IMG/VR virus record: IMGVR_UViG_2563366886_000002
Coordinates: 1-38,381 of that record
Source of the DNA: a virus
Taxonomy: Duplodnaviria > Heunggongvirae > Uroviricota > Caudoviricetes
DNA: 38,381 bases
Direction: 5' to 3' (one strand)
The notes under the pieces are model-generated. The model did not search any database. It saw only the letters and a program-made list of their open reading frames with translations, and was not told the origin of the DNA. Shown in pieces: positions 1-8,012 of the stretch (position 1 is the stretch's first letter; every line of letters begins with the position of its first letter). The position numbers and the translations under genes are program-made.

Positions 1-139
1 GGTAACAGTTACCGGGAATTTTCTGTTCGGTTGCTGCTGCCATACATTCCTGCATTGTTCTGTGAACACTGACTGCAATATCAACTGGCTCTCCGGAAAC
101 AAGAAAAACCGTCAGAATAAGTGCAAATACTGGATTCAT
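1..139 (-). CDS. hypothetical prophage protein, N-terminal part only (runs off the window start); hydrophobic N-terminus
   Basis: Reverse-strand ATG at 139 with AAAGGA about 9 nt upstream; frame open to position 1; translation MNPVFALILTVFLVSGEPVDIAVSVHRTMQECMAAATEQKIPGNCY. Confidence 0.3.
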   Translation of the reverse strand, partial: MNPVFALILTVFLVSGEPVDIAVSVHRTMQECMAAATEQKIPGNCY

Positions 140-347
140 TGTGCACATCCTTTTGGCATCAGACGTAAACGGGCCAGCATTGAAACAATGCATACTTTAT
201 TTAATAACTCCCGTTCGTGTTTTCTTTTGTTAATGGCCTCTTCAGTAAATACAGGATTACTGATAGTGACACCAATTTCAAAACAACCTTCAGGTGATGC
301 TGCCAACTTACTGATTTAGTGTATGATGGTGTTTTTGAGGTGCTCCA

Positions 348-623
348 GTGGCTTCTGTTTCTATCAGCTGTCCCTCCTGTTCAGCTACTGACGGGGTGGT
401 GCGTAACGGCAAAAGCACCGCCGGACATCAGCGCTATCTCTGCTCTCACTGCCGTAAAACATGGCAACTGCAGTTCACTTACACCGCTTCTCAACCCGGT
501 ACGCACCAGAAAATCATTGATATGGCCATGAATGGCGTTGGATGCCGGGCAACCGCCCGCATTATGGGCGTTGGCCTCAACACGATTTTCCGCCATTTAA
601 AAAACTCAGGCCGCAGTCGGTAA
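348..623 (+). CDS. insA: IS1 InsA (transposition inhibitor, N-terminal part of InsAB')
   Basis: 91-aa [46 protein letters not shown]... recognised as IS1 InsA. Confidence 0.95.
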   Translation: MASVSISCPSCSATDGVVRNGKSTAGHQRYLCSHCRKTWQLQFTYTASQPGTHQKIIDMAMNGVGCRATARIMGVGLNTIFRHLKNSGRSR

Positions 624-1045
624 CCTCGCGCATACAGCCGGGCAGTGACGTCATCGTCTGCGCGGAAATGGACGAACAGTGGGGATACGTCGGGGCTAAA
701 TCGCGCCAGCGCTGGCTGTTTTACGCGTATGACAGGCTCCGGAAGACGGTTGTTGCGCACGTATTCGGTGAACGCACTATGGCGACGCTGGGGCGTCTTA
801 TGAGCCTGCTGTCACCCTTTGACGTGGTGATATGGATGACGGATGGCTGGCCGCTGTATGAATCCCGCCTGAAGGGAAAGCTGCACGTAATCAGCAAGCG
901 ATATACGCAGCGAATTGAGCGGCATAACCTGAATCTGAGGCAGCACCTGGCACGGCTGGGACGGAAGTCGCTGTCGTTCTCAAAATCGGTGGAGCTGCAT
1001 GACAAAGTCATCGGGCATTATCTGAACATAAAACACTATCAATAA
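542..1045 (+). CDS. insB: IS1 InsB frame (expressed as InsAB' transposase by -1 frameshift)
   Basis: 167-codon ORF overlapping the insA 3' end in the -1 frame; sequence recognised as IS1 InsB. Confidence 0.9.
   Translation: MPGNRPHYGRWPQHDFPPFKKLRPQSVTSRIQPGSDVIVCAEMDEQWGYVGAKSRQRWLFYAYDRLRKTVVAHVFGERTMATLGRLMSLLSPFDVVIWMTDGWPLYESRLKGKLHVISKRYTQRIERHNLNLRQHLARLGRKSLSFSKSVELHDKVIGHYLNIKHYQ
596..605 (+). promoter_or_regulatory. IS1 programmed -1 ribosomal frameshift motif (A6C)
   Basis: TTTAAAAAAC at the insA/insB overlap, the known IS1 frameshift window. Confidence 0.7.
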
Positions 1046-1061
1046 GTTGGAGTCATTACCG

Positions 1062-1172
1062 CTCTTGCGTCAGGAGGAGCGGGAAAGGCGAAAAAATATA
1101 GAAAAGCTAATTCAGATTGAGCGTAACGCGAAAGCGCGGATACGCAGGGCGACAAAATCCAGAACTGAATAA
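1062..1172 (+). pseudogene. 3' remnant of a gene truncated by IS1 (C-terminal 36 codons only)
   Basis: Frame opens directly at the IS1 right end with no start codon; reads LLRQEEREREKNIEKLIQIERNAKARIRRATKSRTE then stop. Confidence 0.3.
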
Positions 1173-1265
1173 TTAAATTTAGCTCTGTTAAAAATTTAAT
1201 CCTTAACCGGAGGGATTTCTGCACCCTCAGAACATCAGGAGGCCGCCCGAAAGGGCGGTAGTTAA

Positions 1266-1448
1266 ATGCGAAAGTTTAAAATAATTATTGAAACGGGAAT
1301 AGCCGGTGGAGATTTCGAGGATGAATTCGAAGTGGATGATGATGCGACGCCTGATGAAATACATGACGAAGCAAAAGATATTTTCTTTAACTACTGCAAT
1401 TACTCATATCACGAAATAAAAGACGAAGAGGAAGAACAAAATGGCTGA
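1266..1448 (+). CDS. small acidic hypothetical protein (60 aa)
   Basis: ORF MRKFKIIIETGIAGGDFEDEFEVDDDATPDEIHDEAKDIFF...; stop overlaps the next start (ATGGCTGA). Confidence 0.4.
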   Translation: MRKFKIIIETGIAGGDFEDEFEVDDDATPDEIHDEAKDIFFNYCNYSYHEIKDEEEEQNG

Positions 1449-1617
1449 TTTTGGTTCAACTAAATACAACGTCAGTTTTGAAGAATGGCATGAACTGTTA
1501 ATGGACTATGCAGAGTTACGTGGTGGCAGTGCTGCTGATGCTGAAGCATGGCGTGATGATTATGAAGCAGGAAAAACTCCGGTCGAAGCATATTGTGATG
1601 AGTGGGGCGATGAATGA
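1441..1617 (+). CDS. small acidic hypothetical protein (58 aa; below the ORF-track size cut-off)
   Basis: ATG at 1441 overlapping the upstream stop; MADFGSTKYNVSFEEWHELLMDYAELRGGSAADAEAWRDDYEAGKTPVEAYCDEWGDE; stop overlaps the next start (ATGA). Confidence 0.4.
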   Translation: MADFGSTKYNVSFEEWHELLMDYAELRGGSAADAEAWRDDYEAGKTPVEAYCDEWGDE

Positions 1618-1871
1618 GCGAGGTTAATTATCAGGAAGGGCATGAAACGGCGGGGCAAGCAAAAACAGTGGCATGGCGATATCGCTACGTGAAAAAAAAG
1701 GCGTTACGGACTTTCAGGGGAAGTAGTGGTCTGGTGACTGGAAATATGTACCGAAAAAAGAGGATTGTAACGACAGGCCGAACTATGAAATTCAGGCCTT
1801 ATTCACTGCCCCGCCAGTCCCGGTTACATCAGAAGAACTGGTTAAAGCTGTGCACTTTTATGAACAACTAA
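1614..1871 (+). CDS. hypothetical protein, possibly frame-disrupted
   Basis: ORF MSEVNYQEGHETAGQAKTVAWRYRYVKKK...; its 3' half is unusually basic, while a different frame (1727..1930) encodes a more protein-like stretch WSGDWKYVPKKEDCNDRPNYEIQALFTAPPVPVTSEELVKAVHFYEQLKRENPP with no start codon; an A8 run lies at 1692..1699. Confidence 0.3.
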   Translation: MSEVNYQEGHETAGQAKTVAWRYRYVKKKALRTFRGSSGLVTGNMYRKKRIVTTGRTMKFRPYSLPRQSRLHQKNWLKLCTFMNN

Positions 1872-2100
1872 AACGCGAAAATCCACCAGCATCCGGAAAC
1901 CTGATTACAGATTCCCAGATAAGGCAATGAGCTACCTGGCGCAGAACGGGCTGATAAGTATGGGGAATGTTTTACGATGAATATTTAGACTAAAGAGTTT
2001 GTAACGCTATGTAAGTGATTTTTTCTGGTTTAGATATTTATATGTCCGGCCAAATTGAGGTGTGTTTAAATGTAATTGCACATTGATTGTAGGAGGAATA

Positions 2101-2280
2101 ATGAAAAACGCATTGCAGTTTTTGTTTGTTGCGTTCTGGTTGTTCGTATCATGTATGCCCATCATCTTCACAGCAAGGTATATAGAAAAAGTTGATGTTT
2201 TGATATTAATATTTGGATATATAAATGCCCTTTTTTTAGGGGTGTTCATGGCGGTCATGTGCATTGAATACTGGCGGTAA
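2101..2280 (+). CDS. small hydrophobic membrane protein (59 aa)
   Basis: AGGAGG RBS 6 nt upstream of ATG; MKNALQFLFVAFWLFVSCMPIIFTARYIEKVDVLILIFGYINALFLGVFMAVMCIEYWR predicts two transmembrane helices. Confidence 0.45.
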   Translation: MKNALQFLFVAFWLFVSCMPIIFTARYIEKVDVLILIFGYINALFLGVFMAVMCIEYWR

Positions 2281-2389
2281 ATACAGCGAACGCCATTGGT
2301 TTAGTTGGATATTTACTGTGCCGGACAAAAACGGTTTGCGGGGAAATCTTAGTTAAGTAGAATTACTGCGGGTGCTTGAGGCTATCTGT

Positions 2390-2538
2390 CTCAGGCATGA
2401 ACACCAAAAGGCAGATAGAGAAAAGCCCCAGTTAACATTACGCGTCCTGCAAGACGCTTAACATTAATCTGAGGCCATATCTATGCGACACATAGAGATT
2501 AGCCTCTTACGGACCGAAAGGTCAAGGAGAAGCAGGCT
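2390..2538 (+). promoter_or_regulatory. hok mRNA leader region (expected location of mok-like leader ORF and antisense Sok-like RNA)
   Basis: Structured leader upstream of hok; a short ORF (ATGCGACACATAGAG...) terminates in TGA overlapping the hok ATG; assignment by analogy to hok/sok loci. Confidence 0.35.
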
Positions 2539-2694
2539 ATGAAGCAGCAAAAGGCGATGTTAATCGCCCTGATCGTCATCTGTTTAACCGTCATAGTGAC
2601 GGCACTGGTAACGAGGAAAGACCTCTGCGAGGTACGAATCCGAACCGGCCAGACGGAGGTCGCTGTCTTCACAGCTTACGAACCTGAGGAGTAA
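2539..2694 (+). CDS. hokD: Hok/Gef family type I toxin (51 aa)
   Basis: MKQQKAMLIALIVICLTVIVTALVTRKDLCEVRIRTGQTEVAVFTAYEPEE, recognised as HokD/RelF-type Hok peptide. Confidence 0.85.
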   Translation: MKQQKAMLIALIVICLTVIVTALVTRKDLCEVRIRTGQTEVAVFTAYEPEE

Positions 2695-2762
2695 GAGACC
2701 TGGCGGGGGAGAAATCCCTCGCCACCTCTGATGTGTCAGGCATCCTCAACGCACCCGCACTT

Positions 2763-2790
2763 AACCCGCTTCGGCGGGTTTTGTTTTTTC
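2763..2790 (+). terminator. rho-independent terminator after hok
   Basis: CCCGC-TTCG-GCGGG hairpin followed by a T run. Confidence 0.7.
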
Positions 2791-2861
2791 CTGGCATTCT
2801 GGTTTACAATTCGCACGTCAGCCTGAACACCTGACACCTGCTGCGCCAGCAGAGAAAACAG

Positions 2862-3134
2862 ATGGCGCACAAAACCAAATTTCACAATTCTGATACCGAC
2901 CTTGCCATCCGGCATGAGCGGCGTTCACACGCATTTAAAACCGACTGGTACCAACACCCACCATGTACTGAAGAACAGGCCGAATGGCTGATTCATTCTT
3001 ACCGCAGGCGCGGGTTCGAGGTTAAGAAAGCTCTCAGTCTCGACTATCGGCACTGGATAATCTCTGTCAGGCTGCCTTATTCCGAACGCCCACCACGTCC
3101 GTCCCGCACTTTCCAGCAACGGATCTGGAGGTAA
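2862..3134 (+). CDS. hypothetical prophage protein (90 aa) immediately upstream of the DUF968 gene
   Basis: ORF MAHKTKFHNSDTDLAIRHERRSHAFKTDWYQHPPCTEEQAEWLIHSYRRRGFEVKKAL...; position matches the rem gene of the K-12 Qin prophage (order recalled as hokD-rem-ydfU, not verified). Confidence 0.45.
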   Translation: MAHKTKFHNSDTDLAIRHERRSHAFKTDWYQHPPCTEEQAEWLIHSYRRRGFEVKKALSLDYRHWIISVRLPYSERPPRPSRTFQQRIWR

Positions 3135-3135
3135 C

Positions 3136-4194
3136 GTGCGGGTATTACTTAGACCTGTTCTGGTGCCTGAGCTTGGGCTGGTGGTCCTTAAGCCGGGCCG
3201 TGAATCCATACAGATATTTCATAATCCTCGAGTGCTGGTGGAGCCGGAACCGAAAAGCATGTGCGGCCTGCCATCCGGAGTCGTCCCTGCCGTTCGCCAG
3301 CCGCTGGCGGAGGATAAATCATTACTGCCATTTTTCAGCAATGAGCGTGTGATTCGTGCTGCTGGCGGCGCTGGTGCACTGTCTGACTGGCTGTTGCGCC
3401 ATATTAAATCCTGCCAGTGGCCACACGGTGATTATCACCACAGTGAAACCGTCATTCACCGTTATGGTACCGGCGCAATGGTGTTGTGCTGGCACTGCGA
3501 CAACCAGTTGCGTGACCAGACCTCAGAATCACTTGAGCAACTTGCTCACCAAAACTTGTCAGCATGGATGATTGACGTCATCCGTCACGCAATCAGCGGT
3601 ACGCAGGAGAGGGAGTTATCGCTGGCCGAATTATCCTGGTGGGCGGTCTGCAATCAGGTGGCTGATGCGCTTCCGGAGTCTGTATTGTGTCGTTCACTGG
3701 GATTACCGGTGGAAAAAATCCGCTCCGTATACCGTGAGAGTGACATCGTACCGGGAGAACAGACTGCCACCAGCATACTGAAGCAGCGCACAAAAAATAT
3801 TGCGCTGCCACTTCACGTCCACCAGCAACAGCCCCCACTCCAGGAAAAGACGTTAGTAAGCATCGCCGTTGATCCGGAGTCTCCGGCTCAGTATCTCCAG
3901 CGCCAGAAACCACAACGGGAAGAGATGCCTGTATACACGCGCTGGGTAAAAACGCAGAAATGCATGACGTGCGGTAATCAGGCAGATGATCCGCATCACA
4001 TCATTGGTCATGGCCTGGGAGGTATGGGAACAAAGGCTGATGATTTGTTTGTTATTCCGCTGTGCCGTAAATGTCATAACGAACTGCACGCCGGGGTAAA
4101 AGATTTTGAAGAAAAACACGGCAGCCAGCTGTTGTTGCTGATTCGTTTTTTAATGCACGCGAGAAATTCGGGTGTCCTGAAGTGGAAAGCATGA
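3136..4194 (+). CDS. DUF968 family prophage protein (YdfU-like), Cys/His-rich C-terminus
   Basis: 352-aa ORF with GTG start; C-terminal CMTCGNQADDPHHIIGHGLGGMGTKADDLFVIPLCRKCHNELH motif; lies between hok and rusA/Q as in Qin-type prophages. Confidence 0.65.
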   Translation: MRVLLRPVLVPELGLVVLKPGRESIQIFHNPRVLVEPEPKSMCGLPSGVVPAVRQPLAEDKSLLPFFSNERVIRAAGGAGALSDWLLRHIKSCQWPHGDYHHSETVIHRYGTGAMVLCWHCDNQLRDQTSESLEQLAHQNLSAWMIDVIRHAISGTQERELSLAELSWWAVCNQVADALPESVLCRSLGLPVEKIRSVYRESDIVPGEQTATSILKQRTKNIALPLHVHQQQPPLQEKTLVSIAVDPESPAQYLQRQKPQREEMPVYTRWVKTQKCMTCGNQADDPHHIIGHGLGGMGTKADDLFVIPLCRKCHNELHAGVKDFEEKHGSQLLLLIRFLMHARNSGVLKWKA

Positions 4195-4575
4195 ATGACT
4201 GAACGCATAGAATTTGTTTTGCCTTACCCGCCGACGGTGAATACCTACTGGCGACGTCATGGCAATACGTATTTCATCTCGGAGGCCGGAAAGCGTTATC
4301 GCCGTGATGTGGTGCTAATTGTTCGCCAGCAGCGGCTGAAATTAAACCTGTCCGGAAGGCTGGCGATAAAGGTGATTGCAGAGCCACCGGATAAGCGTCG
4401 TCGCGACCTGGACAATATCCTGAAAGCACCGCTGGATGCGCTGACGCATGCGGGAGTGTTAATGGACGATGAGCAGTTTGATGAAATCAATATCGTTCGT
4501 GGTCAGCCAGTATCTGGTGGACGTCTGGGGGTGAAGATTTACCCCATAATGCATGAAGAGCAGGTCAAAAAATGA
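4195..4575 (+). CDS. rusA: RusA Holliday-junction resolvase
   Basis: 126-aa ORF MTERIEFVLPYPPTVNTYWRRHGNTYFISEAGKRYRRDV...DLDNILKAPLDALTHAGVLMDDEQ typical of RusA. Confidence 0.85.
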   Translation: MTERIEFVLPYPPTVNTYWRRHGNTYFISEAGKRYRRDVVLIVRQQRLKLNLSGRLAIKVIAEPPDKRRRDLDNILKAPLDALTHAGVLMDDEQFDEINIVRGQPVSGGRLGVKIYPIMHEEQVKK

Positions 4576-5393
4576 AACTGGAAGATTTGCCGAAATACTA
4601 CTCCCCAAAATCCCCTTGCCTGACCGATGCATCGGCCTCAACGTCAAAAGATGCGCTGAGTATCACTGATGTGATGGCCGCGCAGGGCATGACACAGAAT
4701 CGGGCTGAGATGGGGTTTTCTGCGTTCCTGGGGAAAATGGGCATCAGTATGAATGACAGGGCGCGGGCAACAGAATTACTGGCAGATTATGCACTCAGTC
4801 GGTGCGATCGTGTGGCGGCGTTGAGAAAACTTCCGGCAGAAATAAAACCGGTAGTGATGCGCATTATGGCTTCGTACGCTTTTGAGGATTATGCCCGCAG
4901 CGCAGCGAGTAAAAAGCAGTGCCCTTGTTGCTATGGGGAAAAATTTATTGAAAGCGTAGTTTTTACAAACAAGGTCCAGTATCCGGATGGTAAGCCGCCG
5001 GTATGGGCAAAGTGTACGAAAGGTGTGTATTCGTCTTACTGGGAAGAATGGGAAAAAGTCAGGGAGGTGGTAAAAGTTGCCTGTCCGGAGTGTGGCGGAA
5101 AGGGTGAGGTTTCCACCGCCTGTAAGGATTGCCGTGGGCGTGGTGTCGCCATTCATCGTGAAGAGTCGGTAAAACGTGGTATGCCTGTTATCAGAGACTG
5201 CCAGCGTTGTGGTGGTCGTGGCTATGAAAGACTACCATCAACGGAGGCATTTAATGCTATATGCGAGGTGACAAACCAGATAACACGCGCGTCATGGGAA
5301 AAAACAGTTAAGAAATTCTATGATGCGCTGGTGACCCGGTTTGATATTGAAGAAGCATGGGCTGAGCGGCAGTTAAAAAAGGTAACTAGGTAA
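4572..5393 (+). CDS. late-gene antitermination protein Q
   Basis: 273-aa ORF start-coupled to rusA (ATGA overlap); CxxC...CxxC zinc-binding region (CPECGGKGEVSTACKDCRGRG, CQRCGGRG); followed by a pR'/tR'-like promoter and terminator. Confidence 0.75.
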   Translation: MKLEDLPKYYSPKSPCLTDASASTSKDALSITDVMAAQGMTQNRAEMGFSAFLGKMGISMNDRARATELLADYALSRCDRVAALRKLPAEIKPVVMRIMASYAFEDYARSAASKKQCPCCYGEKFIESVVFTNKVQYPDGKPPVWAKCTKGVYSSYWEEWEKVREVVKVACPECGGKGEVSTACKDCRGRGVAIHREESVKRGMPVIRDCQRCGGRGYERLPSTEAFNAICEVTNQITRASWEKTVKKFYDALVTRFDIEEAWAERQLKKVTR

Positions 5394-5398
5394 CAAGG

Positions 5399-5426
5399 TT
5401 GATTTTTCCGGAATCTGTGGTAAATT
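5399..5426 (+). promoter_or_regulatory. late promoter pR'-like (Q-utilisation region)
   Basis: TTGATT -35 and TAAATT -10 with about 16 nt spacer directly after Q, followed by a terminator as in lambdoid pR'-tR'. Confidence 0.5.
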
Positions 5427-5474
5427 CGTCATAACAATGGGCTTTTTATGCCTGACGTTAGAAGAGTTTCTACA

Positions 5475-5498
5475 ACCCGCCGCCGAGCGGGTTTTTTA
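5475..5498 (+). terminator. tR'-like rho-independent terminator
   Basis: ACCCGC-CGCCGA-GCGGGT hairpin plus TTTTTTAT. Confidence 0.7.
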
Positions 5499-5536
5499 TT
5501 GCGGAATTAATTACGGACCGTTATCATTCTGCTCCC

Positions 5537-5612
5537 GGCCCTTTAGCTCAGTGGTGAGAGCGAGCGACTCATAATCGCCAGGTCGCTGGTTCAAATCCAG
5601 CAAGGGCCACCA
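5537..5612 (+). tRNA. tRNA with CAU anticodon (Ile2-lysidine type, ileX/ileZ-like; Met not excluded)
   Basis: Cloverleaf folded by eye: acceptor GGCCCTT/AAGGGCC, D arm GCTC..GAGC, anticodon loop CTCATAA, T arm GCTGG-TTCAAAT-CCAGC, encoded CCA; closely resembles E. coli ileX. Confidence 0.85.
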
Positions 5613-5712
5613 TCACAAACCGCCATTAGCTTATCAGGAAGAGCAGACGACACGATAACAGGGTTGTTGGTGCGGGGGCGGGTCCCCGATGGCGGTCCAT
5701 TATCGGTATTCA

Positions 5713-5786
5713 GCGTTGTTAGCTCAGCCGGACAGAGCAATTGCCTTCTAAGCAATCGGTCACTGGTTCGAATCCAGTACAGCGCG
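5713..5786 (+). tRNA. tRNA-Arg (anticodon UCU)
   Basis: Acceptor GCGTTGT/ACAGCGC (one GU pair), D arm GCTC..GAGC, anticodon stem ATTGC/GCAAT with loop CTTCTAA, T arm ACTGG-TTCGAAT-CCAGT; CCA not encoded. Confidence 0.8.
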
Positions 5787-5899
5787 CTATATTCATTCTT
5801 CCAGATTCCTTCCGGCAGAGCCTTATACTGAAATATACTTGGCTCAGGATCTTGTTGAAAATATTATATGTTTGTCAAAAATAAAAGTTCTGTTAAGTA

Positions 5900-6253
5900 T
5901 TGATTGAGTGTTTGTTATACCGTCTAATGGTTTTTTCAGCATTAAATATTTATCATTCATATGGTGTGGGTAGAGTGAATATTGATGAGGCGTCGGGGTG
6001 TTTCATCCTTAGGCAGCGTATTGATATAGTCAATGCAGCACGAGCAAAGGCCTTCAGCCGTTTGACAGTTTTGTTTTGTACTCCTGATCGTCTTTCGGGA
6101 AGAGACGTTATTATTCTGAATAGTGATGCTATACAGAGGGTTTGCGATGAGTTCATGGTTGCTAATTCAGAATTATTTGCTCTTGTTCAGGAGTACAACA
6201 GAATAGCCAGGACCTGTGGTATGGATGAACTTCGGATTACTCATCTGGGGTAG
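5900..6253 (+). CDS. hypothetical protein in AT-rich cargo locus (start uncertain; ATG at 5927 or a GTG further in)
   Basis: ORF ...VNIDEASGCFILRQRIDIVNAARAKAFSRLTVLFCTPDRLSGRDVIILNSDAIQRVCDEFMVANSELFALVQEYNRIARTCGMDELRITHLG; no convincing RBS. Confidence 0.3.
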   Translation: MIECLLYRLMVFSALNIYHSYGVGRVNIDEASGCFILRQRIDIVNAARAKAFSRLTVLFCTPDRLSGRDVIILNSDAIQRVCDEFMVANSELFALVQEYNRIARTCGMDELRITHLG

Positions 6254-6644
6254 ATACATATCTGGATTATCACTTGTTACGGTAAAAAGTGATTGCTTAC
6301 TGTTTTTGTGAATGGCATTGCAGCAGCCGGATAATGTCAGTGCTGGCTGACGGTGTGCTGGTGGCGGGTGTGGTGGTTATTGCTTTCCCGTTGCTGAAAA
6401 AGAAAACGCCAGACTGTTAGCCGGGTATCAGTTAGCGGGAGAAATTTTTAAATACTTCACAATTCAGGCGGTTGACTGTTGTCTGGTTTGCGGGGAGTTT
6501 GTTAAAAGAAACTGGCATGGTGAATCCCCCTGTGCGGAGGGGCAATCAGCGAGTAGGTATATGGGATAATCGCGGATTCAGGTGCTGGTACTGAATTCAC
6601 CGGGAGGCACCCGGCACCATGCAATGGCACATAGCGCCACTCTC

Positions 6645-6680
6645 CAGCCCCTCTCCGGAGGGGCTGTTTATATTGATTTT
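6645..6680 (+). terminator. rho-independent terminator (plus-strand oriented)
   Basis: CAGCCCCTC-TCCG-GAGGGGCTG 9-bp stem followed by TTTATATTGATTTT. Confidence 0.65.
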
Positions 6681-6700
6681 GTCAGATGTGAGTAAACTCC

Positions 6701-7036
6701 TTATGGACTTTGTTGTTTTAGTCCATAAGGACATATTTGCAGAATGCAACGGTTATTAAAGCATTCATTCAATACGTTATCTGTATTTGTAGGGCATTCC
6801 TGGCTGTTTTTGATTAAATTCCAGAATGTTTTATTGAATGGTACTACGTTGTAAATGGTTACAGGTAGCACTTTGTTATTGAGCATGATACCTGTGTGAG
6901 TCAGTGTAAATATACTTTCAGGAGGTAAGAAAGCATCCGATTGATACCAGATTATTAATTTTACTTTACTCCATATGACTGAAAAAGATATTCCGCATGA
7001 TGGCTGGATAACTGTATCAATCACAATCCACTTCAT
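6701..7036 (-). CDS. hypothetical Cys-containing protein (111 aa), AT-rich, opposite orientation to the late operon
   Basis: Reverse-strand [37 protein letters not shown]...[27 protein letters not shown] with AAGGAAA RBS; 260-bp AT-rich upstream region. Confidence 0.45.
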   Translation of the reverse strand: MKWIVIDTVIQPSCGISFSVIWSKVKLIIWYQSDAFLPPESIFTLTHTGIMLNNKVLPVTIYNVVPFNKTFWNLIKNSQECPTNTDNVLNECFNNRCILQICPYGLKQQSP

Positions 7037-7296
7037 TTAGTTTCCTTGTTTATGCCTTGCTGGTGATGTTCTGAAAAGTATAAATGATATTTTTGAATGT
7101 AAACCATAGAGCAGAATTATTTTTCTGATGTTGTTTATTGTTTATTTAAATGCAGGGTGGTTTATATCTCGTCTTGTAGTTTATCCATGCATATCTGCTT
7201 GATAATCAAGTTTTTATTTAAGGTATGGTTTTGTGTTTTTTCTGTATTACATGTCAGGTATTTTAAAGAATTATTTTTCAGATGGTGGAAAGAACC

Positions 7297-7485
7297 ATGG
7301 CATTTAAACACTATGATGTTGTCAGGGCGGCGGCGCCGTCAGATCTTGCGGAAAAGCTGACACATAAACTGAAAGAGGGCTGGCAGCCGTTTGGTAGTCC
7401 GGTGGCCATAACCCCTTATACCCTGATGCAGGCGATTGCAGCAGAAGGTGATGTGGTGGTCAGTGGTGCAACTGAGCCGGAGTGA
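7297..7485 (+). CDS. DUF1737-like small protein preceding the lysis cassette
   Basis: MAFKHYDVVRAAAPSDLAEKLTHKLKEGWQPFGSPVAITPYTLMQAIAAEGDVVVSGATEPE; family call from memory of lambdoid lysis-cassette neighbours. Confidence 0.5.
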   Translation: MAFKHYDVVRAAAPSDLAEKLTHKLKEGWQPFGSPVAITPYTLMQAIAAEGDVVVSGATEPE

Positions 7486-7792
7486 TACTACGTCATCGTA
7501 CTGGCCCGGCATTCCAGGCCATAAAAGACGGTCTGGCAGTGGGACTAAATGCACTGACGCTGACGGATATTACCAAAAATGCAACGTATGGCGTTGAGAT
7601 AGAAAGTCTGGTGCTGGAGATAAATACACCGGCATCATCATAAAAAGTGAGCCAGTCAAATGGAAGGTATCGTTAAACTCACCGGTAGTGTCAGTGGATC
7701 GTCTGAGACGCTTGCATGAGTTATCAGAGCCATCAGTAGTTAACTGGTGGCTTTTTTATTGTTGTCAGCTTCCGGATAACGGGAGACGGGGT

Positions 7793-8008
7793 ATGGACCA
7801 GATGGAAAAAATCACAACAGGTGTGTCATACACCACGTCAGCGGTGGGAACGGGCTACTGGTTCCTGCAGTTGCTGGACAGGGTTTCCCCGTCTCAGTGG
7901 GCGGCAATAGGCGTGCTGGGGAGTCTGCTGTTTGGGCTGCTGACATATCTGACTAACCTGTATTTCAAAATCAGAGAGGACCGTCGTAAGGCGGCACGGG
8001 GAGAGTAA
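7793..8008 (+). CDS. S: class II holin, phage 21 S-like pinholin (71 aa)
   Basis: [71 protein letters not shown]; dual Met start (M1/M4), two TM segments, charged C-terminus; GGAG RBS. Confidence 0.8.
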   Translation: MDQMEKITTGVSYTTSAVGTGYWFLQLLDRVSPSQWAAIGVLGSLLFGLLTYLTNLYFKIREDRRKAARGE

Positions 8009-8012
8009 TTCA

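Larger units (their letters stand above)
293..1060 (+). mobile_element. IS1: IS1 insertion sequence (768 bp)
   Basis: Left end GGTGATGCTGCCAACTTACTGAT at 293 and right end ...AAGTTGGAGTCATTACC at 1060 form the IS1 terminal inverted repeats; internal ORFs are InsA and InsB; no matching direct repeat at the two flanks. Confidence 0.95.

Noticed and set aside
5613-5712. A third tRNA (second Arg tRNA as in ileZ-argN-argO clusters)
   Set aside because: No cloverleaf could be folded in the spacer between the two tRNAs or downstream of the second one.
5790-7296. Shiga toxin genes at the Q-tRNA-lysis slot
   Set aside because: The genomic context matches Stx phages, but no ORF of stxA or stxB size and character is present; the ORFs there are unrelated small proteins.
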